64,000 nucleotides of DNA from Eubacteriales bacterium (GCA_045655185.1 JAZOOS010000034.1:8493-72492), one strand, 5' to 3'. Positions 34,711 through 43,622 are shown, counted from the first letter of the stretch. Program-made: numbers and translations. The notes: a model not told the origin generated them from the letters alone.

Positions 34711-35484
34711 TCAATCAAACGCCAATCCAAGATAGGCGGGCGGCGGGGCGCTTGAATCTTGCAAGGGGCAATACATAGCGAACGGCTTTTCCCCCAGGGG
34801 GGCGCGAAAGCACCCTTCGGTACAGCCGAGCGACCGTAGGATGAAGGGGGCCTTGGCGGAATCCCCCAAAAGCTCGATGCCGTGAAGGTGCTCGTCCTCT
34901 TTTTTTGCTGCCAGCAAAAAGCCGTCTCCCGTATAAAAAGAGGCTTCGGTATGCAGAAAGCGTATGCTTTCTTTTCCTTGCACGATGCCGCCCCTTGGCA
35001 AAAAGGCTTTTCGCAGCGTTTCGTATTCTTTCTCATCGATCTTTTGGATCGGTACGCCCTCTTTTTCGGCGGAGCAACAAAATTCATGAACCGTGCCGCA
35101 TACCGAATACCCCATTTTTTCGTAGAACGCAAAAAGAGAGGGGGTGCCCGGCACCAGAACGGCGCCGGTATAGCCAAGCGTTGCCAGATGCCGATGCGTA
35201 TTTTCCATTAAAGCGGTGCAGATCCCACGCCCCCGATAGGCTTTTGCCGTTGCGATGGCGTAGAGATACGCAACACGCCCCCCTTCGTATGCGCCGTTAA
35301 ACCAATACAGCGCGGCGGCGGGGGTATCACAGTCGAATACAGCGCGGCATCGGTCGGGCGAAAAGGCGACCTCGAAGAAGCGGTCGAGAAACGCTTCGCT
35401 ATCCCCGAAGGCCTCGCGCCACAGAGCCCGAAGGGCGGGGATATGGATAAGGGCGGGCGTATCAATCTTCATGTTTATCCTCAC
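34711..35484 (-). CDS. GNAT family acetyltransferase with a C-terminal extension
   Basis: 257 aa with AIATAKAYRGRGICTALM (GNAT motif A). Overlaps the upstream DUF2156 gene by 23 nt. Confidence 0.7.
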   Translation of the reverse strand: MRINMKIDTPALIHIPALRALWREAFGDSEAFLDRFFEVAFSPDRCRAVFDCDTPAAALYWFNGAYEGGRVAYLYAIATAKAYRGRGICTALMENTHRHLATLGYTGAVLVPGTPSLFAFYEKMGYSVCGTVHEFCCSAEKEGVPIQKIDEKEYETLRKAFLPRGGIVQGKESIRFLHTEASFYTGDGFLLAAKKEDEHLHGIELLGDSAKAPFILRSLGCTEGCFRAPLGEKPFAMYCPLQDSSAPPPAYLGLAFD

Positions 35485-36397
35485 ATAAAAAAGCGCGGTA
35501 TTTTTCGGTCATGTGGTGGGGATGGTAGCTTTGCTTCGCCCTTCGCAGCCCCGCAAGCCCCATATCCTCCTCGCGATCCAAATAGCGGATATCGGGATAC
35601 TTGCTTTGAATATAGCGCGCGAATTCAAAGTTAATGGCCGCATACGCCCCTTGAATATCGGGGCGCGCCTTTTCAAAATGCACGTCGAAGGTATCGAAGG
35701 ATAAGCGGCTGCCCATTGTAAAGGCGAGTACTTCCTTTCCGTTAAGGAGTAAAAGCCCGTCCAGCTTCAGCGCGCGATATTCCCGAAATGCCCTTTCGAG
35801 AGCTTCTTCTTCCATACGGTAATCGGCATCGGGGTTTTCCAAAAGGCGCGTTTGATACCAGTCCCTCGCCATTTCCTTTGCCAAAAAAAGATTTCTTTCG
35901 TCAAGCGGGGCAACGGTATAAGCGGGGAAGGCCTCTCGAAAGCGGTTTAGGTGATTGCGCTTTCCGTGGTATTTTTTGCCCGGCAGATCAGCAAGATCAT
36001 CGATCGAATAGACGTAATCAAAAGAGCCTTCGTTCCGCTGAAAAAGGAATTTTTCGGGATAAAGCGATTCAAGCGTTTCCTTGGCCTTTTGGCTAAGGCC
36101 GGTGATACAGCAGGGGATTCCCCTTTCCGCAGCGTCGGCAAGGATCGCGTCAAGCACCGCTTTTTTGTCACCGCTTCCTAAGGGATAGGGGTAAACGAAG
36201 CGGTTGCCGAATTGCGAAAACAGCAGAATATGGCCGTGCAAGGCGGCAAGGCTTTGCCGCCCCCAGCAATATAGGTTGGCAAACGAGAATTCGCATCCGC
36301 GCCCCTCTTCGTTGAAAAGATAACGCTCATACAGCTCTTTGCTTTCGGGGGTGATGGGGGTAAAATCTATTTTTGTTAGCAGCTTCGTTCCGATCAT
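35462..36397 (-). CDS. DUF2156-like protein (resembles the C-terminal domain of phosphatidylglycerol lysyltransferase)
   Basis: 311 aa, soluble. Contains FSFANLYCW and GKKYHGKRNHLNRF blocks typical of the MprF C-terminal domain family. Confidence 0.6.
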   Translation of the reverse strand: MIGTKLLTKIDFTPITPESKELYERYLFNEEGRGCEFSFANLYCWGRQSLAALHGHILLFSQFGNRFVYPYPLGSGDKKAVLDAILADAAERGIPCCITGLSQKAKETLESLYPEKFLFQRNEGSFDYVYSIDDLADLPGKKYHGKRNHLNRFREAFPAYTVAPLDERNLFLAKEMARDWYQTRLLENPDADYRMEEEALERAFREYRALKLDGLLLLNGKEVLAFTMGSRLSFDTFDVHFEKARPDIQGAYAAINFEFARYIQSKYPDIRYLDREEDMGLAGLRRAKQSYHPHHMTEKYRAFLCEDKHED

Positions 36398-36496
36398 GGC
36401 TTCCTACCGAGAGAATAAAGTATTTGGATTTGAAAAATCAATTTTCCCGATCAATTATATCACAGTTCCTTTTTTCGGTCAATAAAAAAAGCAAAA

Positions 36497-36549
36497 ACAC
36501 CGTATGCGCGCCAACGCTCGGATACAGCATAAAGCGCGCATAGCGGTGT
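36497..36549 (-). terminator. terminator after the catalase gene
   Basis: Arms ACACCGTATGCGCGC / GCGCGCATAGCGGTGT, with a T-run on the minus strand. Confidence 0.5.
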
Positions 36550-36554
36550 AGGGG

Positions 36555-37217
36555 TTATTGAAAGGACGGCGCGTGGGTTTCCCCATTTGCAAAGGCGTTG
36601 GGGCCGGGATCGGAGAGCGAAAAATACATTTTGGCCGCCTTGGTCGTGCCGAAGTCGCGGTTAGAGCCACTGTTTTGAACCTTATTAAAGGCGTCGCGGA
36701 ACATCTGGTTGTGCGCTTCCTCGCGGTTAAGAAGAAAATCAATGGTTTCCCGTACCTTTTTATCCTCGATCTGGCGGTAGAGATACTCGTAAACCACCTT
36801 CGCCCGTTGCTCGGAGGCGATGTTGGAAAGAAGATCGGCGCAAAGATCCCCCGTTACGGTGACGTAATCCCCCGTCCAGGAATAACCCGAGGAATTGATA
36901 AGGCCGGGGTTCAGCCCAAGCAAAACGTGGGTTTGCACCTCGCCCGCCCCGATCTTCGTGACGTCTACGTCATGACCGTTCAAAAGATTGATGGTCTGCG
37001 CCACCATTTCCATGTGCGAAAGCTCTTCGGCGGCAATATCAAGGAAGAGATCCTTGATCTCGGGATCCTTGATCCGAAAGCTCTGCGACATATACTGCAT
37101 CGCGGCCTTCAACTCGCCGTTTCCGCCGCCAAGCTGCTCCTGCAAAAGAACCGCGTACTGCGGGTTCGGCCCTTCGATCTCTACGGGATGGAATAACTGT
37201 TTTTCGTGTTTGAACAT
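36555..37217 (-). CDS. manganese catalase family protein (CotJC-like)
   Basis: GELKAAMQYMSQSF and AEELSHMEMV di-metal motifs. Confidence 0.85.
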   Translation of the reverse strand: MFKHEKQLFHPVEIEGPNPQYAVLLQEQLGGGNGELKAAMQYMSQSFRIKDPEIKDLFLDIAAEELSHMEMVAQTINLLNGHDVDVTKIGAGEVQTHVLLGLNPGLINSSGYSWTGDYVTVTGDLCADLLSNIASEQRAKVVYEYLYRQIEDKKVRETIDFLLNREEAHNQMFRDAFNKVQNSGSNRDFGTTKAAKMYFSLSDPGPNAFANGETHAPSFQ

Positions 37218-37313
37218 ACCTATCTCCTTTTTTGTATTTGCGGTCAGTATTTCCCAAAACCGAGAAAAATATTTTACGATACATAAAAATATAAATAAAA
37301 CCGAAAAAATATC

Positions 37314-37342
37314 TTGACAAACCGACCTTCGTATGCTAAAAT
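37314..37342 (+). promoter_or_regulatory. sigma-A promoter of the T-box operon
   Basis: TTGACA, 17-nt spacer, TAAAAT. Confidence 0.6.
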
Positions 37343-37349
37343 GCTTACA

Positions 37350-37617
37350 TCACAAACGCAATGATGCGGAATAGTATGCAAAAATCCCCGCTTATAGAGA
37401 AATGCCGGTCGGTGCAAGGCATAGGGGGGCTCTTGCTGAACTCACCGCGGAGCGGCTGTTATGAAAAAAGTAGTGACAGACGGGTACTCCCGTAATAGAG
37501 TTACGGTGTGTCGGCATCGAAAGGGCATCCCTTTTGGGATGAAGAAGAGTGGTACCGCGGAAACAACGTTTTGCGTTTTCGTCTCTTTGCTGGAAGAAGA
37601 GATGAAAACGTTTTTTT
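37350..37617 (+). promoter_or_regulatory. T-box riboswitch leader, leucine specifier (CUC)
   Basis: Stem I carries AAUGAUG (K-turn), an AGUA S-turn, the AGAGA box (37396-37400) and a GGUGCAA distal loop. The specifier-loop 3' side reads GAA-CUC-A, with the codon at 37441-37443. The T-box sequence GUGGUACCGCGG lies at 37549-37560. The terminator is CGTTTTCGTCTCTT / AAGAGATGAAAACG followed by T7 (37574-37617). Confidence 0.8.
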
Positions 37618-37644
37618 GTTTATAGCTTGAAAGGGGTTAAAAAT

Positions 37645-39030
37645 ATGAAAAAGATCCAGATTGCAGACGTTACGCTGAAAAAGCTTTCGGGGGACCGTGC
37701 GGTTTCGCTCTTGTTCCGCGAAAAATCCGCCATCGCGAATTACGCGGATAAGCTGGGGGCTGACGTTTTTGAGCTTCCGCCCGTAAAAAACGCGCGGGAG
37801 GATGCGATCGTCTATAAGACCATCGCCAAAAATCTGCAAAACGCGATCCTTTCTGTTCCCGTCGGGTTCAGCGCCGCGGGGGTCGAGGAGGCTTTTGCTT
37901 GCATTAAGGAAGCTAAGCACCCCCGCCTTCGGATCGAGCTTCCCGTATCGACCATCCAAATGGAATATACCTATCACGTCAAGCAAGCCAAAATGCTTGA
38001 AGCTATCGCTTCGCTCACCAAGGCCGCCAAGGCTCTTTGCGCCGACGTTGAATTCACTGCGCTTGACGCTACGCGCGCCGATCTTGATTTTCTGATCGCC
38101 GCCGTCAAGGAGGCCGAAGCAAACGGCGCGACCTCTGTAACCGTATGCGACGATGCGGGCACCGCGACGCCCGAGGAGATCGCTTCGTTGGTCGGGGCGG
38201 TGAAGGGGGCTGTCTCTTTGCCCCTTTCGGTACAGGTATCCAACCGTATCCATATGGCCGTGGCTTCGGCGCTTTCCGCCATTGCGGCGGGGGCTGACGG
38301 CCTTAAATGCGCCATGGCGGGGAAGGATGCCCTGCTTTCGGGCGAGCTTTCGGATGCGATGAACGTTTGCGGCGCCGCGATCGGCGCCATGATCGGCCTT
38401 GATAACACCAAGATCCACGCCGGTATTGCGGATATGCTTTCGGGTATCCACCACGAACAAGCCAAGGAAGAAGCCGTAAACGAAGCAAACAGCCTTCTGC
38501 TGGATGCCGACGCCACGCTCTCGCAGGTGGCCGAGGCTGCCGCCCTTATGGGGTACGAGCTTTCGGATTCGGATATCGGAAACGTGTTGAAGGCGCTTCG
38601 TGGGGTATGCGAAAAGAAGGGCACGGTCGGCGCCAAGGAATTCGAGGCTCTTATCGCAAGCTCGGCTATGCAAGCGCCCTCTACCTATCATTTTGAAAGC
38701 TACACCACGACGAGCAGTAACCTCTCCAGCGCGATGACCCGGATCAGCCTCAGCTGCAACGGCGAAAGCATGTGCGGCGTCAGCGCGGGGGACGGCCCGA
38801 TCGATTCGGCCTTCCGCGCGATCGAGCAATGCGTCGGTCATCACTATGAGCTTGACGATTATCAGGTACAGTCGGTCACCGAGGGGAAGGAAGCCTTGGG
38901 CTCGGCCCTCGTCCGTCTTCGCTATAACGGTAAGCTTTATTCGGGAAACGGTACCTCCACCGATATCGTGGCGGCCAGTATCCGTGCGTATATCAACGCA
39001 TTGAATAAGATCGTGTTCGAGGAGGGCTGA
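37645..39030 (+). CDS. LeuA (2-isopropylmalate synthase)-like protein lacking catalytic residues but retaining the LeuA C-terminal regulatory domain
   Basis: Collinear with short-form LeuA. However, TLRDGEQ is replaced by TLKKLSGD, HCHNDLG by QVSNRIH, and SAEDATR by TALDATR. The C-terminus keeps GDGPIDSAF...GNGTSTDIVAASIRAYINALNKI. The ATG at 37645 follows GAAAGGGG; the track ORF starts at a TTG at 37627. Confidence 0.75.
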   Translation: MKKIQIADVTLKKLSGDRAVSLLFREKSAIANYADKLGADVFELPPVKNAREDAIVYKTIAKNLQNAILSVPVGFSAAGVEEAFACIKEAKHPRLRIELPVSTIQMEYTYHVKQAKMLEAIASLTKAAKALCADVEFTALDATRADLDFLIAAVKEAEANGATSVTVCDDAGTATPEEIASLVGAVKGAVSLPLSVQVSNRIHMAVASALSAIAAGADGLKCAMAGKDALLSGELSDAMNVCGAAIGAMIGLDNTKIHAGIADMLSGIHHEQAKEEAVNEANSLLLDADATLSQVAEAAALMGYELSDSDIGNVLKALRGVCEKKGTVGAKEFEALIASSAMQAPSTYHFESYTTTSSNLSSAMTRISLSCNGESMCGVSAGDGPIDSAFRAIEQCVGHHYELDDYQVQSVTEGKEALGSALVRLRYNGKLYSGNGTSTDIVAASIRAYINALNKIVFEEG

Positions 39031-39031
39031 T

Positions 39032-41494
39032 ATGAAGATCGTATTTTCGACGAAGAACGTAAGCCGATCTTCCTTTCTCGATACCTGCCGCTTAGCTTAT
39101 GAATACGGCTTTTCGGGCTTCGAAATTTACGATGCCGTAAAGGAAAGAGCCGCCCATAACGATAGCGTTTTACGGCGTGACCGCACGGCCGATGCCCGCC
39201 GCAAGCTCGTCAACCGCAATCTTGCGGTAGCGGCGCTTCGTATGCCCATAGCGTTGGAAAACGAGGCGTGCGAAGGAGACCTCGTGGCGAAATACGTCGA
39301 TATGGCGGCTTCCTCGGGTACGCCTTATGTGATCGTTCATCTTGGAAAGAGCGCTTCCTTTGATCTGTTGGATCAAAAGCTTACGGCGGCGATCAAGCGC
39401 GCCGAGGCCTGTGACGTTGGTATCCTTTTCGAAACGGTAGGCGCCCTTTCGCATACCGAAAGGGTCATTGAGATCATCAATCATTTCGCTTCCGCCGCGA
39501 TCGGCGCCGCTTGGAACGTGCGCGCCACCTATTTTTCGGCAGGGGAGACCGCCGAGGCAACCATCAAGACGCTCGGCGCTTATATCAAATACGTGCGCCT
39601 TGGCGATATGAAGGACGGGAAAACCGTTCTGATCGGGGAAGGGGATCTTCCGGTAGAGAAGCTTCTCAACGCGCTTTCTTCCTTGAATTACGAGGGCTAT
39701 ATCTGCGCCGCGTGGAACGAGGAGATCGAGGACGCCGATATCGTTTTGACTCATTTTTCCAACTATCTTTCTTCCTTGAAGCGTGAGAAAAAGAGCTTTG
39801 AGCACGGGTATTACAACCGCCAAAAAACCGGCACCTTCGTTTGGAAGAAGTATGACGTGATCGAGGCCACCTTCTCGGACGTTTTGGATACGATGGCAAA
39901 AACCTATCCCGACCAGTACGCCTTTAAGTATCCGACCCTCGATTATACGAGGACCTACGCGCAGTTCCGCCGTGATGTAGACGAATGCGCCGCCGCGCTT
40001 ATTTCGCTGGGCGTAAAGGCCGGGGACCACGTAGCCGTGTGGGCGACCAACGTGCCCGAATGGTTTATCACCTTCTGGGCCACCACCAAGATCGGCGCGG
40101 TTTTGGTTACCGTTAATACCGCTTATAAGATCCACGAGATCGAGTATCTTTTGAAGCAATCGGATACCCATACGCTGGTTCTTATCGAGTATTGCAAGGA
40201 CATCAATTATAAAGAAATTATCGAAGAGCTGTGCCCCGAGCTGAAGAGCCTTGAGCCCGGTAAGCCGCTTTATTCGAAGAATCTGCCCTTTTTGCGTAAC
40301 GTTGTTACCGTCGGCTTTTCGATGGACGGCTGTTTGACGTACGAAGAAATGCTCTCGCGCGCTTCGCTCGTTCCGCGTGAGGAGGTGCGGCGTCGTGCTT
40401 CCTTGGTTCGCCCCGACGACGTATGCAATATGCAGTATACCTCGGGTACCACGGGCTTCCCGAAGGGGGTCATGCTGACCCACCGCAACATCGTCAACAA
40501 CGGCAAGACCATCGGTGACCGTATGGATCTTTCCACCGCCGACCGTATGATGATCCAGGTTCCGATGTTCCATTGCTTCGGCATGGTGCTTTCGATGACC
40601 TCGATGATGACCCACGGCGGCACGCTTTGCCCCATTCCGTACTTTTCCCCGAAATCCTCGCTGGCTTGCGTAAACGATGAAAGGATCACCTGCTTCAACG
40701 GGGTTCCCACCATGTTTATCGCGATGTTCGGCCACGCCGATTTTCAGAAGACTGATTTTTCGCATATGCGTACCGGCATTATGGCGGGGGCAAACTGCCC
40801 GCCCGATCTGATGCGCCGCGCCGCCGAGGAGATGAATATGCGTGAGATCATTTCGGTATACGGGCAGACCGAGGCCTCCCCCGGCTGTACGATGGGCGAG
40901 GTCAACGAGGATCTTGACCACCGTGTTGAAACGGTTGGCAGCGCCTTCCCCGGGGTGGAATGTAAGATCATCGACCCCGAAACCGGAAACGAGCTTCCCG
41001 ACGGAGAAAGCGGCGAGTTCGTAGCCCGCGGCTTCAACATCATGAAGGGCTATTATAAGATGCCCGAGGCGACCGCCCAAGCGATCGACGCCGACGGCTG
41101 GCTTCATTCGGGGGATATCTGCATGCGTACGCCCGATGGCTATTATAAGGTCACAGGGCGCCTTAAAGACATGATCATTCGCGGTGGAGAGAACCTTTAC
41201 CCCCGTGAGATCGAGGAGTTTTACCTCACCAATCCCAAGGTGCGCGACGTACAGGTCGTCGGTGTGCCCGACGAGCGCTACGGCGAAGAGTGCTGTGCTT
41301 GGATCATTCTTCATAAGGGTGAAGTGGCCGATGAAGCCGAAATGCGTGATTTCGGAAATGCCTCGATCGCACGGCATAAGGTACCGAAATACTTTATGTT
41401 CGTTGAGGAGTTTCCGATGAATGCGGCCGGTAAGATCTTGAAATACAAGATGCGTGAGATCGCGGCTGAAAAGCTGGGGCTTAAAACCAAATAA
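39032..41494 (+). CDS. fusion protein: xylose-isomerase-like TIM barrel (N-terminal, about 250 aa) plus AMP-forming acyl-CoA ligase (C-terminal, about 550 aa)
   Basis: The N-terminal region has a sugar-phosphate isomerase/epimerase-like pattern. The C-terminal region has YTSGTTGFPKGVMLTH, YGQTE, SGD and a GKILK tail. The start lies 1 nt after the upstream stop. Confidence 0.8.
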   Translation: MKIVFSTKNVSRSSFLDTCRLAYEYGFSGFEIYDAVKERAAHNDSVLRRDRTADARRKLVNRNLAVAALRMPIALENEACEGDLVAKYVDMAASSGTPYVIVHLGKSASFDLLDQKLTAAIKRAEACDVGILFETVGALSHTERVIEIINHFASAAIGAAWNVRATYFSAGETAEATIKTLGAYIKYVRLGDMKDGKTVLIGEGDLPVEKLLNALSSLNYEGYICAAWNEEIEDADIVLTHFSNYLSSLKREKKSFEHGYYNRQKTGTFVWKKYDVIEATFSDVLDTMAKTYPDQYAFKYPTLDYTRTYAQFRRDVDECAAALISLGVKAGDHVAVWATNVPEWFITFWATTKIGAVLVTVNTAYKIHEIEYLLKQSDTHTLVLIEYCKDINYKEIIEELCPELKSLEPGKPLYSKNLPFLRNVVTVGFSMDGCLTYEEMLSRASLVPREEVRRRASLVRPDDVCNMQYTSGTTGFPKGVMLTHRNIVNNGKTIGDRMDLSTADRMMIQVPMFHCFGMVLSMTSMMTHGGTLCPIPYFSPKSSLACVNDERITCFNGVPTMFIAMFGHADFQKTDFSHMRTGIMAGANCPPDLMRRAAEEMNMREIISVYGQTEASPGCTMGEVNEDLDHRVETVGSAFPGVECKIIDPETGNELPDGESGEFVARGFNIMKGYYKMPEATAQAIDADGWLHSGDICMRTPDGYYKVTGRLKDMIIRGGENLYPREIEEFYLTNPKVRDVQVVGVPDERYGEECCAWIILHKGEVADEAEMRDFGNASIARHKVPKYFMFVEEFPMNAAGKILKYKMREIAAEKLGLKTK

Positions 41495-41501
41495 AAAAAT
41501 A

Positions 41502-41528
41502 AAAAAGGCTGACCGCGTCAGCCTTTTT
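41502..41528. terminator. bidirectional terminator between the T-box operon and pyk
   Basis: AAAAAGGCTGAC-CGC-GTCAGCCTTTTT. Confidence 0.65.
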
Positions 41529-41529
41529 C

Positions 41530-42942
41530 TTATATTTCGTCGATTTTGATCAAATTGGTATTTCCAGAATGCCCCGTGGTATCCCCGCCCGTAATAACGA
41601 TGCGGTCACGCTTCCCAAGCGAAAGCTCCTTAGAGGCGATCTTTTTTGCGGTATAGAAGAGTACGTCGGTCGAGGTAAATTCCTCGCACATAGCGGGAAT
41701 AACGCCCCAAGAAAGGGCAAGCTTACGCCAGGTGGTCTCGTTCGTCGTCAGCCCTATGATCGGTACGGGCGAGCGGAAGCGGGATACCATACGGGCGGTC
41801 ATTCCCGACAGCGAGCAGGCAACGATCGCCTTGGCTTCGATGTCGATTGCCATACCGCAGGTCGAATGCGAGATCGCGTCGGTCATATTCCGAATGGTGA
41901 AATCGGCGTCGTGGAAACGCTTTTTGTAGTTGATGGTACACTCGGTCGTTTCGGCAATCTTGGCCATCGTTTCGACGGCTTGTATGGGATATTTTCCGGC
42001 TGCCGTTTCTCCCGAAAGCATGATGGCACTCGTTCCGTCGTAAACCGCGTTGGCGATATCCGAAATTTCGGCTCTCGTCGGGCGGGAGTTTGAGATCATT
42101 GATTCCAGCATCTCGGTCGCGGTGATCACGCGCTTGCCAAGCATACGGCATTTGGTTATCAGCTTTTTCTGGATAGCGGGGAGGTGTTCAAAGGGAATTT
42201 CGACCCCCATATCGCCGCGGGCTACCATAATGCCGTCACAGCATTGGCAAATGTCTTCGATGTTATCAACGCCCGATTGGTTTTCGATCTTGGCGATCAG
42301 CTCGATCCCCTCGGCCCCGATCTCCTTCATATAATTTCGTACGTCTAAAAGATCCTGCTTACAGGAAACGAAGGAGCAAGCAATATAATCAATGCCGTTA
42401 TCAACCCCGAATTTGATATCCTTTTTATCCTGCTCGGAAAGATAAGGCTGCTTCATCACCTTGCCGGGAAAGCTCATGCTCTTGCGATCCGAAAGCACGC
42501 CCCCGCAAAGAACGAGGCACTCGATATCGGGTCCGTTGATCCTTTCGACGCGAAAGGAAAGAAGTCCGTTGTTAAGGAGAATGGTATCGCCGACCGAAAG
42601 CTCCTCGGGCAGCTTGGCGTAGCTGACCGAAACGCACGCGCGGTTACCTACGACCTCGTTAGCCGTAAAGGTAAAGCGGTCACCGTCCGAAAGCAGGATT
42701 TTGCCCCCCTCAAAGGTTTTGATGCGGTATTCGGGACCTTTGGTGTCCAGCATAATAGCAATAGGAAGCCCCAGTTCCCCCCGTACCTCTTTTACGAGGT
42801 CAATGCGCCTTTGATGATCGGCATGGGTGTTATGGGAAAAGTTAAGCCTTGCCACGTTCATGCCTGCTTGGCAAAGTCCCTTGATGATCTCCTTGGTTTC
42901 GCTTGCCGGGCCAAGCGTACATACGATCTTAGTTTTTCGCAT
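41530..42942 (-). CDS. pyk: pyruvate kinase
   Basis: MRKTKIVCTLGPA, NFSHN and MVARGDMGVE motifs. Confidence 0.95.
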   Translation of the reverse strand: MRKTKIVCTLGPASETKEIIKGLCQAGMNVARLNFSHNTHADHQRRIDLVKEVRGELGLPIAIMLDTKGPEYRIKTFEGGKILLSDGDRFTFTANEVVGNRACVSVSYAKLPEELSVGDTILLNNGLLSFRVERINGPDIECLVLCGGVLSDRKSMSFPGKVMKQPYLSEQDKKDIKFGVDNGIDYIACSFVSCKQDLLDVRNYMKEIGAEGIELIAKIENQSGVDNIEDICQCCDGIMVARGDMGVEIPFEHLPAIQKKLITKCRMLGKRVITATEMLESMISNSRPTRAEISDIANAVYDGTSAIMLSGETAAGKYPIQAVETMAKIAETTECTINYKKRFHDADFTIRNMTDAISHSTCGMAIDIEAKAIVACSLSGMTARMVSRFRSPVPIIGLTTNETTWRKLALSWGVIPAMCEEFTSTDVLFYTAKKIASKELSLGKRDRIVITGGDTTGHSGNTNLIKIDEI

Positions 42943-43070
42943 AGTGTTTCTCCGTTGATGTGTTATAAAAAATTATATCACGTAAGGTTTAAAAATTCAA
43001 GCGGAATAGGCGTTTTTCGCCCTTTTCGCTATGTTCTTTGCCGTTTTTTTACCGCCTTTTGGCGAAAAAA

Positions 43071-43622
43071 TCAAATGGCCGCCGCAAAATAATCGGCGAT
43101 TTTCTCAGGGCTTTCCTTCATGCCGCCCTCGATCCACCACAAAACGGTCGAAACAAAGGAGGACGCCACGTGATGAATGAAGAAATCTTTCGGCAGGGAA
43201 GCGTCTCTTTTTTCGTCAAACAAAGAAATATTTGCCCCAATAAACTTTTGAAGATTGTCCTTAAAATATCGCAAAAAAAGCTCGTTGCTTTCACAAGAGA
43301 GAAGATCAAGAAGGTGATGATCGTTTTTTTGCAGATGCTGCAAAAGATGCAAAAAAGCCGAAGAAGGGGCATCGCAAGCAAAAATATGCCGATGACCGCT
43401 TCTTTTTGGATCGGTCGAATCAAAGATATGGCAAAAAAGCTCCTCGCAAAGGGCCTTTAATAAAAAATCCTTGGTTTCGAAATGGGCGTAGAAGGTAGCT
43501 CTTCCCACGTTTGCCTCCTCGATAATTTCTCCCACCGTAATCTGCTCGTATCGCTTTTTGAAAAGCAGGGCGCTAAAGGCCCCAAAGATCGCCTCTCTCG
43601 TTTTTTTCTGGCGTCTGTCCAT
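43071..43622 (-). CDS. TetR/AcrR family transcriptional regulator
   Basis: N-terminal TetR HTH (TVGEIIEEANVGRATFYAHF). The ATG at 43622 follows GGGGGAAAAT. Confidence 0.8.
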   Translation of the reverse strand: MDRRQKKTREAIFGAFSALLFKKRYEQITVGEIIEEANVGRATFYAHFETKDFLLKALCEELFCHIFDSTDPKRSGHRHIFACDAPSSAFLHLLQHLQKNDHHLLDLLSCESNELFLRYFKDNLQKFIGANISLFDEKRDASLPKDFFIHHVASSFVSTVLWWIEGGMKESPEKIADYFAAAI

